DNA from: Patescibacteria group bacterium
GTDB taxonomy: Bacteria > Patescibacteriota > Patescibacteriia > UBA1558 > GWA2-36-10
Length of the DNA: 64,000 nt
Assembly: GCA_041650755.1 (NCBI GenBank)
Contig: JBAZKN010000002.1
Location: 69,030-133,029, forward strand
Direction of reading: 5' to 3'
Shown piece after piece: positions 9,962 through 19,799 of the stretch; position 1 is the stretch's first letter, and each line of letters starts with the position of its first letter. The position numbers and the translations under genes were made by a program. The notes under the pieces are model-generated. The model was given only the letters and a program-made list of their open reading frames with translations. It searched no databases and was not told the origin of the DNA.

Positions 9962-11653
9962 TTAGTTGTTATCCGGTAGGTAATAAATTTTCATGACCAC
10001 CTGATCAGCATAATTTTTTATTTCATATTTTGGTTTTAGGCCAGTTGATTCTAACTGTTTTTGGTAGTTGGCCATTTTGGCAGCATAGCCCTTGTCAGCT
10101 TGATTGGCTACTGCTCCCTGATCAGTAGAAAAGACAAACCAAATGCCTTGAGCGCCGACGTCTCGTAGGTATTGTACCATGCTAAGATTACTACTGGCCG
10201 TGGCGGTTAGTACATCGTTAAAATAAAAAAGAGGAGAGTGATAATAAAAAATATATTTATTGATGTACCAAAGTCGAGAAAACCAATCAAGCCTTTCATC
10301 CACCAAGACAACATCTTGGCTTTCCAGGTAGAATTCCTGCACATCCTTTAGGTTGCTGATTTTTCTTTTGGCTGGTAATTTGCCCAGCACATCTTGACGC
10401 AAAAATTTATCTAAATCATTGAAGCCATTATTATAAAAACGATCAGGCGAGTAGAATAAATTATTATTGATTAGCGGTTTGGCCAAGATGTTGGTGTTGA
10501 GAGAAAAGAATAATTCAAAAGCAGCCACCAGAGTCAAAATCGCAATAAAGATTTTTTGTTTATTTTTAGTGACGGCAAAACACTCCCACCAGTATAAGAT
10601 AGCCTGGCTAGATAGAATTGCCAAGAAGGGCGTGATAATCAATAAGAATCTGGCCGTGCCGCCGGAAAAGGTGAACATTAACAATATTAAAACAATATTC
10701 ACCCGCAAAAAATTGTTAAGAGGAGTGCTTTGTTTTTTGATTGCCCGCCAAAAAGAATGCACCAGGGCAGACAGATAGAGGATACTCAAGGGCAGCGATA
10801 TGGAGTCCATCAAGGAGCGCAGAACGTCCACTAGGTTGGTAAATAAATTAGCATTTAGGCCACGTCCGGACAGAGTAGAAAAATCCGCTGGCTTCATGCC
10901 CAGCATGGAAGATAGGGCGGCATCAAAATGGCCTCTGGCTTTGAAGACCATGATGTTGTAAATAATCACTGGTGTCAGAATGATGGCTATCAGTAAGCAG
11001 GACAGCCAAAAATGTTTATTTTTGAGAGTTGGTCTTTGCCAAATTAGCAAGTAAAAAAATGTCGTTGGTATAATGAATATAGCCGTGTATTTGGACAATA
11101 AAGCCAAGCCGACAGCTAGGCCCCAAAAATATAAATAGCGCGTTTTTTGGTTTTGTAAAAAAATCAAGAAAGCATAAATACTTAAAGTAATAAACAAGGT
11201 TTCCATGCCTTCTAAGTAGCCGGTCCGAGACATCCAGATAGTATATGAAGAAATAGCGAAAATGCCAGCAGCGATTAGGCCCATTTTTTCTTGGCCTATT
11301 TTTTTTAATAATAAATAAAGCAGATAAATTATGACTAAATTAGCTAAGATATAGGGTAGTAGGGCGGCGATGATATTATTACCAAAGATTAAAAAAGAAA
11401 TATGTTGGATGACAAAAGTCAGCGGTGGGGCGTCATGAAAAGATAATTGCGCCCACCAAGGTAAAGTCTTAAACCAAACCAGAGGCGATGTTTGGCCTAC
11501 GCCAGATAGATAGTCCAGCCAGCCAAAGGATCTAAAAGCATAAGCGGCTGGATCATTTTGCAGGTCAAATTTTGTCAGATTTAAAAAACGCAAACCAATT
11601 GCGCTGACAAGGATGGCCAGAAAAATATAGCCATTTCTTTTTTGTGGAGTCAT
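9962..11653 (-). CDS. GT39/ArnT-like integral-membrane glycosyltransferase (PMT family)
   Basis: 563 aa with ~12 TM segments. The N-terminal loop and overall topology match dolichyl-phosphate-mannose / ArnT-type transferases. Confidence 0.6.
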   Translation of the reverse strand: MTPQKRNGYIFLAILVSAIGLRFLNLTKFDLQNDPAAYAFRSFGWLDYLSGVGQTSPLVWFKTLPWWAQLSFHDAPPLTFVIQHISFLIFGNNIIAALLPYILANLVIIYLLYLLLKKIGQEKMGLIAAGIFAISSYTIWMSRTGYLEGMETLFITLSIYAFLIFLQNQKTRYLYFWGLAVGLALLSKYTAIFIIPTTFFYLLIWQRPTLKNKHFWLSCLLIAIILTPVIIYNIMVFKARGHFDAALSSMLGMKPADFSTLSGRGLNANLFTNLVDVLRSLMDSISLPLSILYLSALVHSFWRAIKKQSTPLNNFLRVNIVLILLMFTFSGGTARFLLIITPFLAILSSQAILYWWECFAVTKNKQKIFIAILTLVAAFELFFSLNTNILAKPLINNNLFYSPDRFYNNGFNDLDKFLRQDVLGKLPAKRKISNLKDVQEFYLESQDVVLVDERLDWFSRLWYINKYIFYYHSPLFYFNDVLTATASSNLSMVQYLRDVGAQGIWFVFSTDQGAVANQADKGYAAKMANYQKQLESTGLKPKYEIKNYADQVVMKIYYLPDNN

Positions 11654-11658
11654 GGGGC

Positions 11659-11988
11659 TTATGATTGCCTTAGGGCATCGTCAATTTTTTTGTATTTAAA
11701 ATCTCGTTCGTCCAATTGCCAATGTAAGCGCGGCAATGAACGCATAATGATTTTATTTTTTAATTCTCGCTGGATGTGAGAAGAAAATTTATTGATGGCG
11801 TTCAGGCCGCTGCCCCAATGGCTATCAGGGATGACGCTAATATAAACAGTAGCATTTTTGAGATCAGGGGCAATGGTCACTTGGGATACGCTTATCAAGG
11901 TGCCGCGCGGAGCCTCAAAATCACGTACAATAATATCATTGATGGCTTGTTGGAGCAGGGAGGCTACTTGTTCGGTGCGCTTACTCAT
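11659..11988 (-). CDS. rbfA: Ribosome-binding factor A
   Basis: 109-aa RbfA-like protein immediately downstream of infB, with an 8-nt overlap. Confidence 0.85.
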   Translation of the reverse strand: MSKRTEQVASLLQQAINDIIVRDFEAPRGTLISVSQVTIAPDLKNATVYISVIPDSHWGSGLNAINKFSSHIQRELKNKIIMRSLPRLHWQLDERDFKYKKIDDALRQS

Positions 11989-13981
11989 CTATTTCTTCAA
12001 AAAATTCTAGCGTGTCGCCTACGGCCACAATTGGCTCGCCCCTGTACTCTATGCCCGCCTCATTGCCGGTCACTACTTCATTGACATTTTCTCGAGCCGA
12101 TTGGAGGTTGGCGATGGTGCCAATGGCTTCCAGCTCGCCCTTTTTAATCACTTTGATTTTGCATTTTTTGGTGACCTTGCCCTCTATCACTTTACCGCCA
12201 AAAATCATGCTATTTTTGTCAGTTTTGAAAATAGCCAAGACCTCAAGCTTACCCAAAATTTTGTGGATTATTTTTTTGGCGCGGATGGTTTCAAGCCTCC
12301 TGGCCACATCTTCTAGCAGCTTATATATGATATCAAAATAGAGAATGTTGACATTTTTTTCGGCCGCCAGACTTTGGACATTTTTATTTTCCTTGATATG
12401 AAAACCAATGAGCAGGGCATTGGTGGCGGCAGCATTCAAAACATCGGTCTCGGTGATTAGCCCCAAACCCTTTTTTAAAACCTTTATTCTGGTGCCGGGC
12501 ACTGATATTTTTTGCAGAGATTCTTCAATGGCTTCAGCCGAGCCCAAGACATCGGATTTTATGATAAGGTTCAATATATTGACATCACTGTCGCTGTTTT
12601 CCTCTTTGGAATTATTGACCTCTAGTCTATGGCTGGGTAAATTATTTAGATTTTTTAGCTTTTCTTTGTAGAGTTTTTTGTCATTGATAACTTCCAAAAT
12701 TTCTCCGATTTGCGGCAGCTGCTTTAAGCCCAGGATTTTTACGGGCATAGCCGGAGTGGCGGCTGTGACGCTGCGTCCCTGCCAATCCTTGAGAGTTTTT
12801 ATTTTTCCCGGTACTTGACCGACGATAAAAGTATCGCCGATTTTCAGAGTACCAGCTTGGACCAAGACGGTGGCTACCGGCCCCTCATTTTTATTGATGT
12901 TGGATTCAATGATAGTGCCCACGGCCGGACCATGCTCGTCGGCTTTCAGGTTTTCCATATCAGCAATCAAGAGGATCATGTCCAAGAGTTCGCTGATGCC
13001 CTCCTTTTTTAGGGCTGAGATCGGCTGGCAGATAGTTTTGCCGCCCCAATCTTCGGGGATGAGGTTGATTTCCGAGAGGCCTTGTTTGACCCGATCAATA
13101 TCCGCGCCAGCCTTGTCGATTTTATTGATGGCGACAATGAAAGGCAAGCTTTCTTTTTGTATGACCGAAATACTCTCCAGTGTTTGCGGCTGCAGCCCAT
13201 CGTCAGCCGCTACGACCAATATGGCCACGTCAGCAATTTGTCCACCGCGAGAGCGCATGGCTTTGAAAGCTTCGTGCCCGGGGGTATCCAGAAAAGTGAT
13301 AGTGCGGTTGTGAGTTTTTACTTGGTAGGCGCCGATATGTTGGGTGATACCGCCTGCCTCCTGATCCACAACATTAGCTTGACGTATGGCATCAAGTAAT
13401 TTTGTCTTGCCGTGATCGACGTGGCCCATGACTACTACGACGGGTGGCTTGGCGTGTTTAGCAGACCGAGCAGACAATAGTTCTGTCAGTCTTTCTTTGC
13501 TGCTGACTTCAGCCTGCTGTTCGTCGCTTATTTTTTTGGTCACTTTGAAGCCCAAGTCTTCGGCGATTATGGTGGCGGTATCAAAATCTATTTTTTCATT
13601 GAGCGAAACCATGATGCCATTTTTCATCAGCTCAGCCATAAGTTTAGCTACCGGCAAGTTCATGCTAGCAGCCATGTCTTTGACTATGACAGTATCTCCA
13701 ATGGCAACTTCTTTTGTATCAGCCTTGCTTTCGCTTTTTTCTTTGACGCTAATTTCCGTGACTTTAGCGAATTCTTTTTTCCAAGCCTCTTTACTTTCAG
13801 ATTTTTTCCAAGCCTCAATTATTTTTGGCACCAGCTTGTCATCTACTTTGATAGCCTTGACACCAATATCAAAACCCAAGGAAGGTAATTTTTCCAAAAG
13901 TTCAGCCGTAGTCACTTTTAATTGTCTAGCCAAAACCGATGTGTTCATTAGCAGATAAATTAGGCCCTTATTTTGGGCCAT
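11981..13981 (-). CDS. infB: Translation initiation factor IF-2
   Basis: GTPase G1-G4 motifs (GHVDHGKT, DTPGH, NKID) and the IF-2 C-terminal domains. Confidence 0.95.
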   Translation of the reverse strand: MAQNKGLIYLLMNTSVLARQLKVTTAELLEKLPSLGFDIGVKAIKVDDKLVPKIIEAWKKSESKEAWKKEFAKVTEISVKEKSESKADTKEVAIGDTVIVKDMAASMNLPVAKLMAELMKNGIMVSLNEKIDFDTATIIAEDLGFKVTKKISDEQQAEVSSKERLTELLSARSAKHAKPPVVVVMGHVDHGKTKLLDAIRQANVVDQEAGGITQHIGAYQVKTHNRTITFLDTPGHEAFKAMRSRGGQIADVAILVVAADDGLQPQTLESISVIQKESLPFIVAINKIDKAGADIDRVKQGLSEINLIPEDWGGKTICQPISALKKEGISELLDMILLIADMENLKADEHGPAVGTIIESNINKNEGPVATVLVQAGTLKIGDTFIVGQVPGKIKTLKDWQGRSVTAATPAMPVKILGLKQLPQIGEILEVINDKKLYKEKLKNLNNLPSHRLEVNNSKEENSDSDVNILNLIIKSDVLGSAEAIEESLQKISVPGTRIKVLKKGLGLITETDVLNAAATNALLIGFHIKENKNVQSLAAEKNVNILYFDIIYKLLEDVARRLETIRAKKIIHKILGKLEVLAIFKTDKNSMIFGGKVIEGKVTKKCKIKVIKKGELEAIGTIANLQSARENVNEVVTGNEAGIEYRGEPIVAVGDTLEFFEEIDE

Positions 13982-14070
13982 TTTTTATAAATTTTGCCCT
14001 AACTTTACTAAATTTTGTCGAAAAAGTCAACGCCTTGCTTGTTTTTGTCTGGATAGACAATTTGTAAATA

Positions 14071-15234
14071 TTGACAAAGGAGGCGTGTTATTATAAATTT
14101 AAGGGTCAATTTGCTTTAGTAAGTATGGAATTACCATTAAAAGAATTAACCAATCTACTGAAATCAAGCCAGCGCATCTTGCTCACCGGGCCACAAGATC
14201 CGAGCATTGATGTTATTTGCAGTGCGGCTGCTTGGCAAATTTTTTTATGGTCACAAAATAAGCAAGCTGATATAGTCCTGGCTGGCAGCCTGACTCCGCT
14301 GAAGTTTTTGCCCGGCCGGGTGCAAATCTCTTCCGGCATTAGTGACTTGAATAAGTTTAAAATTTCGGTTGATATTTCTAAAACCAAAGTCAAACAACTA
14401 AGTTATGATGTACTTGATGATTTTTTGGTGATTGATATTCTGCCATTGGGCGGCAACTTTAGAGAAAGCGATATTAAGTTTAGCCAGGGAGATTATAAAT
14501 ACGATCTGGTGATTGTTTTGGGAGCAATCAACCATGATGCCTTGGGTCAAATCAACAGCGGACATCGTCATTTTTTCCAAAATGTGCCAGTCATCAATAT
14601 TGATCGCCAGGTGCTCAATGAAAATTATGGCCAATTGAATATCGTGGAGTCGACCGCTACCTCACTATCCGAGATTTCTTATTATGCTTTGCAAACTGGT
14701 ATTGATAAAGAGATGGCCACTTGTCTATTGGCGGGTCTGATGGCAGCCACCAATAGTTTTCAGTCGGCTCAAGTGACGCCGCAGGTCTTGGAACTGGCTA
14801 GCCAGTTGATAGTCAAAGGGGCTGATCAGCCACAAATTGTAGAAACTTTGTATCGAACCAAAGATTTAAAGACGTTAAAAAATTGGGGTAGGATACTTTC
14901 CCGTTTGCAGAAAAAAGAAAACATCCTTAGCTCATATTTGCAGCACGATGAAGTAGAAAAATTGCCCTTGGATTTCTCGGAGCTGGTCAGAGACCTGATA
15001 TTATCCACCCCTCAGGCCCAGGTGGCGATGATATTTTATCAGATGGATTTTGATACTACTGAAGTGTGGCTTTATGCTATTAGTAATATCAATGCCTTGG
15101 ATCTAACCAGGGGTTTAGGTGGCCTGGGCCAGCGACATTTTGCTAAGTTTGCTGTCCACAAACCGCTAGATGAATCTCGTCAGTTGGTCATAGAGCGCAT
15201 CCAGGAAAAGCTAAAAATAATAAATAGTTTTTAG
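14071..15234 (+). CDS. Degenerate DHH/DHHA1-family paralogue, probably catalytically inactive
   Basis: NrnA-like architecture, but the DHH motif reads DRQ and the GGGH motif reads GGLGQRH. An alternative start lies at M 14126. Confidence 0.45.
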   Translation: MTKEACYYKFKGQFALVSMELPLKELTNLLKSSQRILLTGPQDPSIDVICSAAAWQIFLWSQNKQADIVLAGSLTPLKFLPGRVQISSGISDLNKFKISVDISKTKVKQLSYDVLDDFLVIDILPLGGNFRESDIKFSQGDYKYDLVIVLGAINHDALGQINSGHRHFFQNVPVINIDRQVLNENYGQLNIVESTATSLSEISYYALQTGIDKEMATCLLAGLMAATNSFQSAQVTPQVLELASQLIVKGADQPQIVETLYRTKDLKTLKNWGRILSRLQKKENILSSYLQHDEVEKLPLDFSELVRDLILSTPQAQVAMIFYQMDFDTTEVWLYAISNINALDLTRGLGGLGQRHFAKFAVHKPLDESRQLVIERIQEKLKIINSF

Positions 15235-15464
15235 TTGGCTTCACAAAAAGTGATAGTTTATCTATAATTAGTTTAATAGATTTTTGTTCGTTGTTGGTGG
15301 GTACACCCTTTTTCGTTGCACTATGGAGGGTAGGTAGCTTTGGTCAAAGATGGACAGGCAGTTGGTTCCTCGCCTTTAGTGGAATCGCCCTCTGGGCGAA
15401 GAGCATCACTCTTACTCACCTGCCTAAGCCGAACCACCGAAATTTAATTTTATATTTTTGTATG

Positions 15465-15541
15465 GGTATATAGCTCAGTTGGTTAGAGCACGACTCTTAT
15501 AAAGTCGGGGTCCCTGGTTCAAGTCCAGGTATACCCACCAT
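15465..15541 (+). tRNA. tRNA-Ile, anticodon UAU, with encoded CCA
   Basis: Manual cloverleaf fold: acceptor GGGTATA/TATACCC, D-arm GCTC-AGTTGGTTA-GAGC, anticodon stem CGACT/AGTCG, loop CTTATAA, T-arm CCTGG-TTCAAGT-CCAGG, discriminator A. Confidence 0.75.
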
Positions 15542-15720
15542 ACTTTTTTAGATTATATAATCCGCGGTATTTAGTCCGGCGGGCAGGTAAAGTGGGGGTC
15601 GATGGTTTCCCGCTCGCCCCGCGAAGCGGGACAGACGGGACCCTGCCAAAGGCGGTGGCAAGTATCAATTATTTGTATCTACTAGCGGCGCATAATAAAA
15701 TATTTAGCACGACTCTTACC

Positions 15721-17355
15721 ATGTCTGTTCTAAAATTTATTTACCAAAATTTAGACAATTTTAAAACCAGATTTAATTTAGTTTTGTTATCGGGGCTGGC
15801 CAATGGCTTTGCTTCTTTTTTTATACCCGTAACTTTGGCCGAGTTTACTAAAAGTCAATTTACTACGGCCGGTTTTTATAGATTGATCTGGCTCATTGTT
15901 TTGCTTTATGCGGCAACTCTTTTTCTGCAATGGATTATCAGAAAATACGGCGAGTCGTTGGGTTTTCAATTTGCCAATCATATCAGATTAAAATATTTTG
16001 CCGATCTAGCTAAATTATCAGTCAGAGATTTGACCAATCATCATTCCGGCTATGTTTTGTCTCTGATAAATAGGGTGGCCGATGGTTTGACGCCGATCTT
16101 TTTTGACATGTTTTGGGCTTTGTCGGGTAGTTTGGCCAGTCTGATATTATTTTTTTATTTCACGGCCAAAGAATCTGGTTTGATGGCCCTCATCAATCTG
16201 GTTATTTTATCTATTTTTGTCGTAGTGAGCACTTGGTTATCTAGAAAGACCGTATACATAGCCGATGAACTGAATATTAAACGAGCTTCTATGCTGGGCG
16301 CATATGCTGATTTTATGGCCAATATTTTGACAGTCAAAAGACTGGGGGTTTATTCTTTTGCTGCGAAAAATCTCAGCGAAAAAACAGATGATAATTACGA
16401 GAAGATTCACCAGCTGCAAAGATTTCATGCTGGCCGTTGGTTTTGGCTGCACTTTTTGTATGGCTCGACTTATTTATCGACGATTGGCTTTATTTTGTGG
16501 CAAGTAGCTTTGGGACGCATTTCCGTGGCTGTATTGATTTTGTTCGTGGCTGCTTATACTAGTATTAGACATGGCATTGAGCGTTTATCAGAGAATCTAA
16601 AGACCTTTATGCAGATGAAAGCCTATATTGACAGCTTGGCGGATATCATCTCTCCTGCTAAGCATCAACGATCTGGTCGTCAGATAAAGAATTGGCAGAG
16701 TATCAATTTTAAAAGCGTATTTTTTCGCTATCCGGGCACAGAAAAACAAGTTAATATCCCAGAATTTCATTTCAGCAAAGGAGAAAAGGTTTGCATTATC
16801 GGTAAATCCGGCGAAGGCAAAACAACTTTTTTGAATCTGCTAGCTAATTTTTGGCAGCCAAACAAAGGGCATTGTTTTTTGGATGAAGTGGATTATAAGA
16901 AGGTTAGTCCGGATTTTTGGCAAGACAATGTCGCCATGATTTCCCAAGAGATTGAGTTGTTTAATATTTCTCTGCATGATAATATTTGTCTGGGCAAGAA
17001 TATCCCCATCTCTGAAATTTGGTCAATCTTGGAAAAGTTTGATTTATCTCATTGGGCCAAAACTTTGCCCGATGGCTTGGATACGATTGTTGGTGAAAAG
17101 GGGATTAAGTTGTCAGCCGGGCAAAAGCAGCGTATCAACCTCATCCGAGGAGTTTTGCTTGGCAGGGAGATATTACTATTGGATGAGCCGGGTTCGCATT
17201 TGGATGCGGCCACCGAAGCTAAAGTGATCAATTTTTTTGATCAACATCTGACAGATAAAACAGCTGTGATCGTTTCTCATAATCCAGCTTGGAAATCTAT
17301 TTGTGATCGGTGTTATACTATTAAAGATAATACTTTAGTTGACTCGCAGGTGTAG
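15721..17355 (+). CDS. ABC exporter with fused permease and ATPase
   Basis: Six N-terminal TM helices; Walker A GKSGEGKT, signature LSAGQKQR, Walker B LLLDEPGSHLD. The start is taken at M 15721, because the upstream part of the listed ORF is GC-rich non-coding sequence. Confidence 0.8.
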   Translation: MSVLKFIYQNLDNFKTRFNLVLLSGLANGFASFFIPVTLAEFTKSQFTTAGFYRLIWLIVLLYAATLFLQWIIRKYGESLGFQFANHIRLKYFADLAKLSVRDLTNHHSGYVLSLINRVADGLTPIFFDMFWALSGSLASLILFFYFTAKESGLMALINLVILSIFVVVSTWLSRKTVYIADELNIKRASMLGAYADFMANILTVKRLGVYSFAAKNLSEKTDDNYEKIHQLQRFHAGRWFWLHFLYGSTYLSTIGFILWQVALGRISVAVLILFVAAYTSIRHGIERLSENLKTFMQMKAYIDSLADIISPAKHQRSGRQIKNWQSINFKSVFFRYPGTEKQVNIPEFHFSKGEKVCIIGKSGEGKTTFLNLLANFWQPNKGHCFLDEVDYKKVSPDFWQDNVAMISQEIELFNISLHDNICLGKNIPISEIWSILEKFDLSHWAKTLPDGLDTIVGEKGIKLSAGQKQRINLIRGVLLGREILLLDEPGSHLDAATEAKVINFFDQHLTDKTAVIVSHNPAWKSICDRCYTIKDNTLVDSQV

Positions 17356-17421
17356 TTTAGTTGGTAGAACATTTCCTTCCCAAGGAAAAGGCCGCGGGTT
17401 CGAGTCCCGTCACCTGCTCCA
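17346..17421 (+). tRNA. tRNA-Gly, anticodon CCC, with encoded CCA
   Basis: Acceptor GCAGGTG/CACCTGC, anticodon loop TTCCCAA, T-arm CGGGTTCGAGTCCCG. Overlaps the ABC exporter stop codon by ~10 nt. Confidence 0.85.
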
Positions 17422-17446
17422 GCCCTCACCAATTATTTTTAATAAT

Positions 17447-18496
17447 ATGCCAGAAATTAATTTAGAAAAAATTTCATTACTAATTTCTCAAAAACTGAAA
17501 GAAAAAATTGAAATTGTTGATATAGAGAAAATTGGCAGCGGTTATCATTCAGATGGTTTCAAGCTAACCAGCAAAGAAAATAGAAACTTCTTTTTGAAAA
17601 GAGTGAAATCGCATGATTATGGATTTGAAATACCGGAACGCAAGTTGAATTCTTTATTAGTCAGTAATGGCATGTATCGCCGTTCTGGCATGTCGCCACG
17701 GGCTATTGGTGTGGTTATTAATAACCAAAATGAGGCGGTAATCATGCCCGAGCTTGATGAAAATAGTGAAATTTATCATATCCAGGAATATAAAACCAAT
17801 GGTGCCAGCTATTGGTCACAACTTGAAAGCAGAAAAGCGAAAAACAGATTGGATCAGCAAGACTTGGAGGACTTGGAAAAAATTACTGACTATATTTGTC
17901 GTTTGCACAAGGTTAAATATCCTTCACAGGACATAGAACAATTAAAAATTGTATATAACGATGGTCTGAGAAGCGTTATTACTAATCCAGAACTGACCAT
18001 AATGCTCTTACATGATTTTGATGATAGACATCCAATTTTGCCAGCCCGTGAGCATGGTAAATATGTTGGTTTGATGCTTAATCTAATGCATCTTTGGAAA
18101 GACAGATATGATCGTTTATCTGCTTTGCATGGTGATTTTTGGGGGGCAAATTTGTTTTTTGATCAAGATGGATCAATTTGGGTGATTGATTATTCGCGTA
18201 TTCCTTGGGGCGACCCCGGTTTGGACGTTGGTTGGTGGTTGGCCCAGTATTTATGGCTCTATCATGAAACCAATAATGAATATTTCAAAGAATCGGGAGA
18301 AAAATTTTTGGAGATTTATATAAGAAAAACCGGAGATAAAGAAATTCGTCAAGCGGTTAGCCTAGTTATGGGTTTGTGTGGCATTATTTATATTGCTCCC
18401 AAATTTTACCCTCAACTCAACCTCAAGCCAGCCAAAACGTATTATAAAAATATTTTGGCGATTTTAAAAAATAATCAGTTTATATGGAAAAAATAA
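17447..18496 (+). CDS. APH/choline-kinase-family phosphotransferase
   Basis: HGDFWGAN catalytic loop and IDYS metal-binding motif (PF01636-like). The start is taken at M 17447, downstream of the tRNA. Confidence 0.7.
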   Translation: MPEINLEKISLLISQKLKEKIEIVDIEKIGSGYHSDGFKLTSKENRNFFLKRVKSHDYGFEIPERKLNSLLVSNGMYRRSGMSPRAIGVVINNQNEAVIMPELDENSEIYHIQEYKTNGASYWSQLESRKAKNRLDQQDLEDLEKITDYICRLHKVKYPSQDIEQLKIVYNDGLRSVITNPELTIMLLHDFDDRHPILPAREHGKYVGLMLNLMHLWKDRYDRLSALHGDFWGANLFFDQDGSIWVIDYSRIPWGDPGLDVGWWLAQYLWLYHETNNEYFKESGEKFLEIYIRKTGDKEIRQAVSLVMGLCGIIYIAPKFYPQLNLKPAKTYYKNILAILKNNQFIWKK

Positions 18497-19293
18497 ATCA
18501 TCCAAAAATTGATATAGTGCGTCATGGGCAAGCCAAATATGGTCAAGAAAAAGTTTCCCTCGCTGAAGCTCAGGATCTGACTCCAGAAGGGGAGGAGCAG
18601 GTCAGGGCTAGTGCAGAAGCTCTAACGGAGCTTATTGGTCCTGATGAAGAGGTGGTGATTTGGTCATCGCCCATAGGACGAACTTTGCAGACAGCTAAAA
18701 TTATTGCCGAAACATTGGAGCAGAAAGGTATTCATTTGCGCGACAAGGCCAAATCAGACAGACCCGGTATTCAGACACATGAACAGCTGATAGAAGTAAA
18801 AGATTTTTCTTGGCAACTTTTTAAACCATTGATTGAAGGCGGTGATCTTACTTTTGCTGGACATAAATTTTTTATTGACAAAAAACTTAGCAACCCAAAC
18901 AATTTAGCTTACCCTGAATATTTTACTGAAGATTGTATTAGCAAGATTAGCCCAGAAGCCAAGACCCAATGGCCGGTTGAATACGTGCAAATAATTGACG
19001 GTATGGAAAAATTTATCGAAGTTACGAGGCGTATGATGGGTACATTAGATAGGCTAAAAAAGCTGCAAGATAAGCCTTACCGTATTATTATAGTGACTCA
19101 CGATGCTTTGATGGGTTTTATTGCTAATATTTTTTCCGCCGGAGAAAAAAGTGGTGTTGATAGTGGTGAGTTTATCAATCTGGAGATAAAAGATGATAAA
19201 TTGGTGGCCACCAGGGTTGGCACTATCACCGAAGGAGATTATAATACAGACATTATTGAAGAATTTAATCAGCGCCACGGCCAAAAAAATTAA
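18484..19293 (+). CDS. Histidine phosphatase (phosphoglycerate-mutase-like) family protein
   Basis: N-terminal RHG motif (VRHGQ), a later H in IIVTHDA, and a 13-nt overlap with the upstream kinase gene. Confidence 0.65.
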   Translation: MEKINHPKIDIVRHGQAKYGQEKVSLAEAQDLTPEGEEQVRASAEALTELIGPDEEVVIWSSPIGRTLQTAKIIAETLEQKGIHLRDKAKSDRPGIQTHEQLIEVKDFSWQLFKPLIEGGDLTFAGHKFFIDKKLSNPNNLAYPEYFTEDCISKISPEAKTQWPVEYVQIIDGMEKFIEVTRRMMGTLDRLKKLQDKPYRIIIVTHDALMGFIANIFSAGEKSGVDSGEFINLEIKDDKLVATRVGTITEGDYNTDIIEEFNQRHGQKN

Positions 19294-19329
19294 TTTTTAT
19301 TTTTTCCAAAAATTTGCTATAATGTATAT

Positions 19330-19752
19330 ATGCCAATTTGGATTTTGTATGCATTGTTATCAGCCGTCTTTGCGGCCCTAGTGGCGATTTTTGGCAAGAT
19401 CGGCATAAAAGATTTAGACACTACTCTGGCTACGACCGTGCGGTCATTTATTATGGCTGCTTTTTTATTCTTAGTTTCTTTATCTTTGGGCAAATTGCCA
19501 CTACTGCGCACTATTCAGCACAAAGCATTGCTATTTATTATTCTGGCTGGTATAGCCGGCGCCCTATCATGGTTGTTCTATTTTTATGCACTGAAGTACG
19601 GTAAAGCTTCTGGTGTAGCGGCCGTTGATCGCTTGAGCGTGGTGTTTGTCTTGATCTTGTCAATTTTGTTTTTGAGTGAAAAATTGACTTGGCAAACAGG
19701 AGTAGGAGCATTACTAGTCACTGCTGGGGCAATTTTGTTTGCTGTCAAATAA
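19330..19752 (+). CDS. EamA-like half-size DMT transporter (four TM)
   Basis: 140 aa with four TM helices and an EamA-domain pattern. Confidence 0.65.
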   Translation: MPIWILYALLSAVFAALVAIFGKIGIKDLDTTLATTVRSFIMAAFLFLVSLSLGKLPLLRTIQHKALLFIILAGIAGALSWLFYFYALKYGKASGVAAVDRLSVVFVLILSILFLSEKLTWQTGVGALLVTAGAILFAVK

Positions 19753-19799
19753 ATTAATTTTATATATTTAAGTAATTTAATTATTAAAGAGAAACAACT

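Noticed and set aside
12012-13958. Several + strand ORFs of 65-176 aa (12012..12341, 12870..13313, 13428..13958 and others) lying inside infB
   Set aside because: They are antisense to a well-supported IF-2 gene and their products are low-complexity S/L/A-rich sequence. They are shadow ORFs.
15291-15473. 60-aa ORF overlapping the GC-rich block and the 5' end of tRNA-Ile
   Set aside because: It overlaps a tRNA, has a Trp/Gly/Phe-rich product with no start context, and the region is better explained as structured RNA.
15575-15660. Fluoride (crcB) riboswitch or RNase P P12-like assignment for the GC-rich block after tRNA-Ile
   Set aside because: GGGGTCGATGGTTTCCCGC only partly resembles the GGCGATGGxGTTCGCC core. 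The 3' CUGAUGA-UCCUAC motif is absent. The downstream gene is an ABC exporter rather than crcB or eriC. The resemblance to the RNase P P12 hairpin is a generic GNRA stem-loop.
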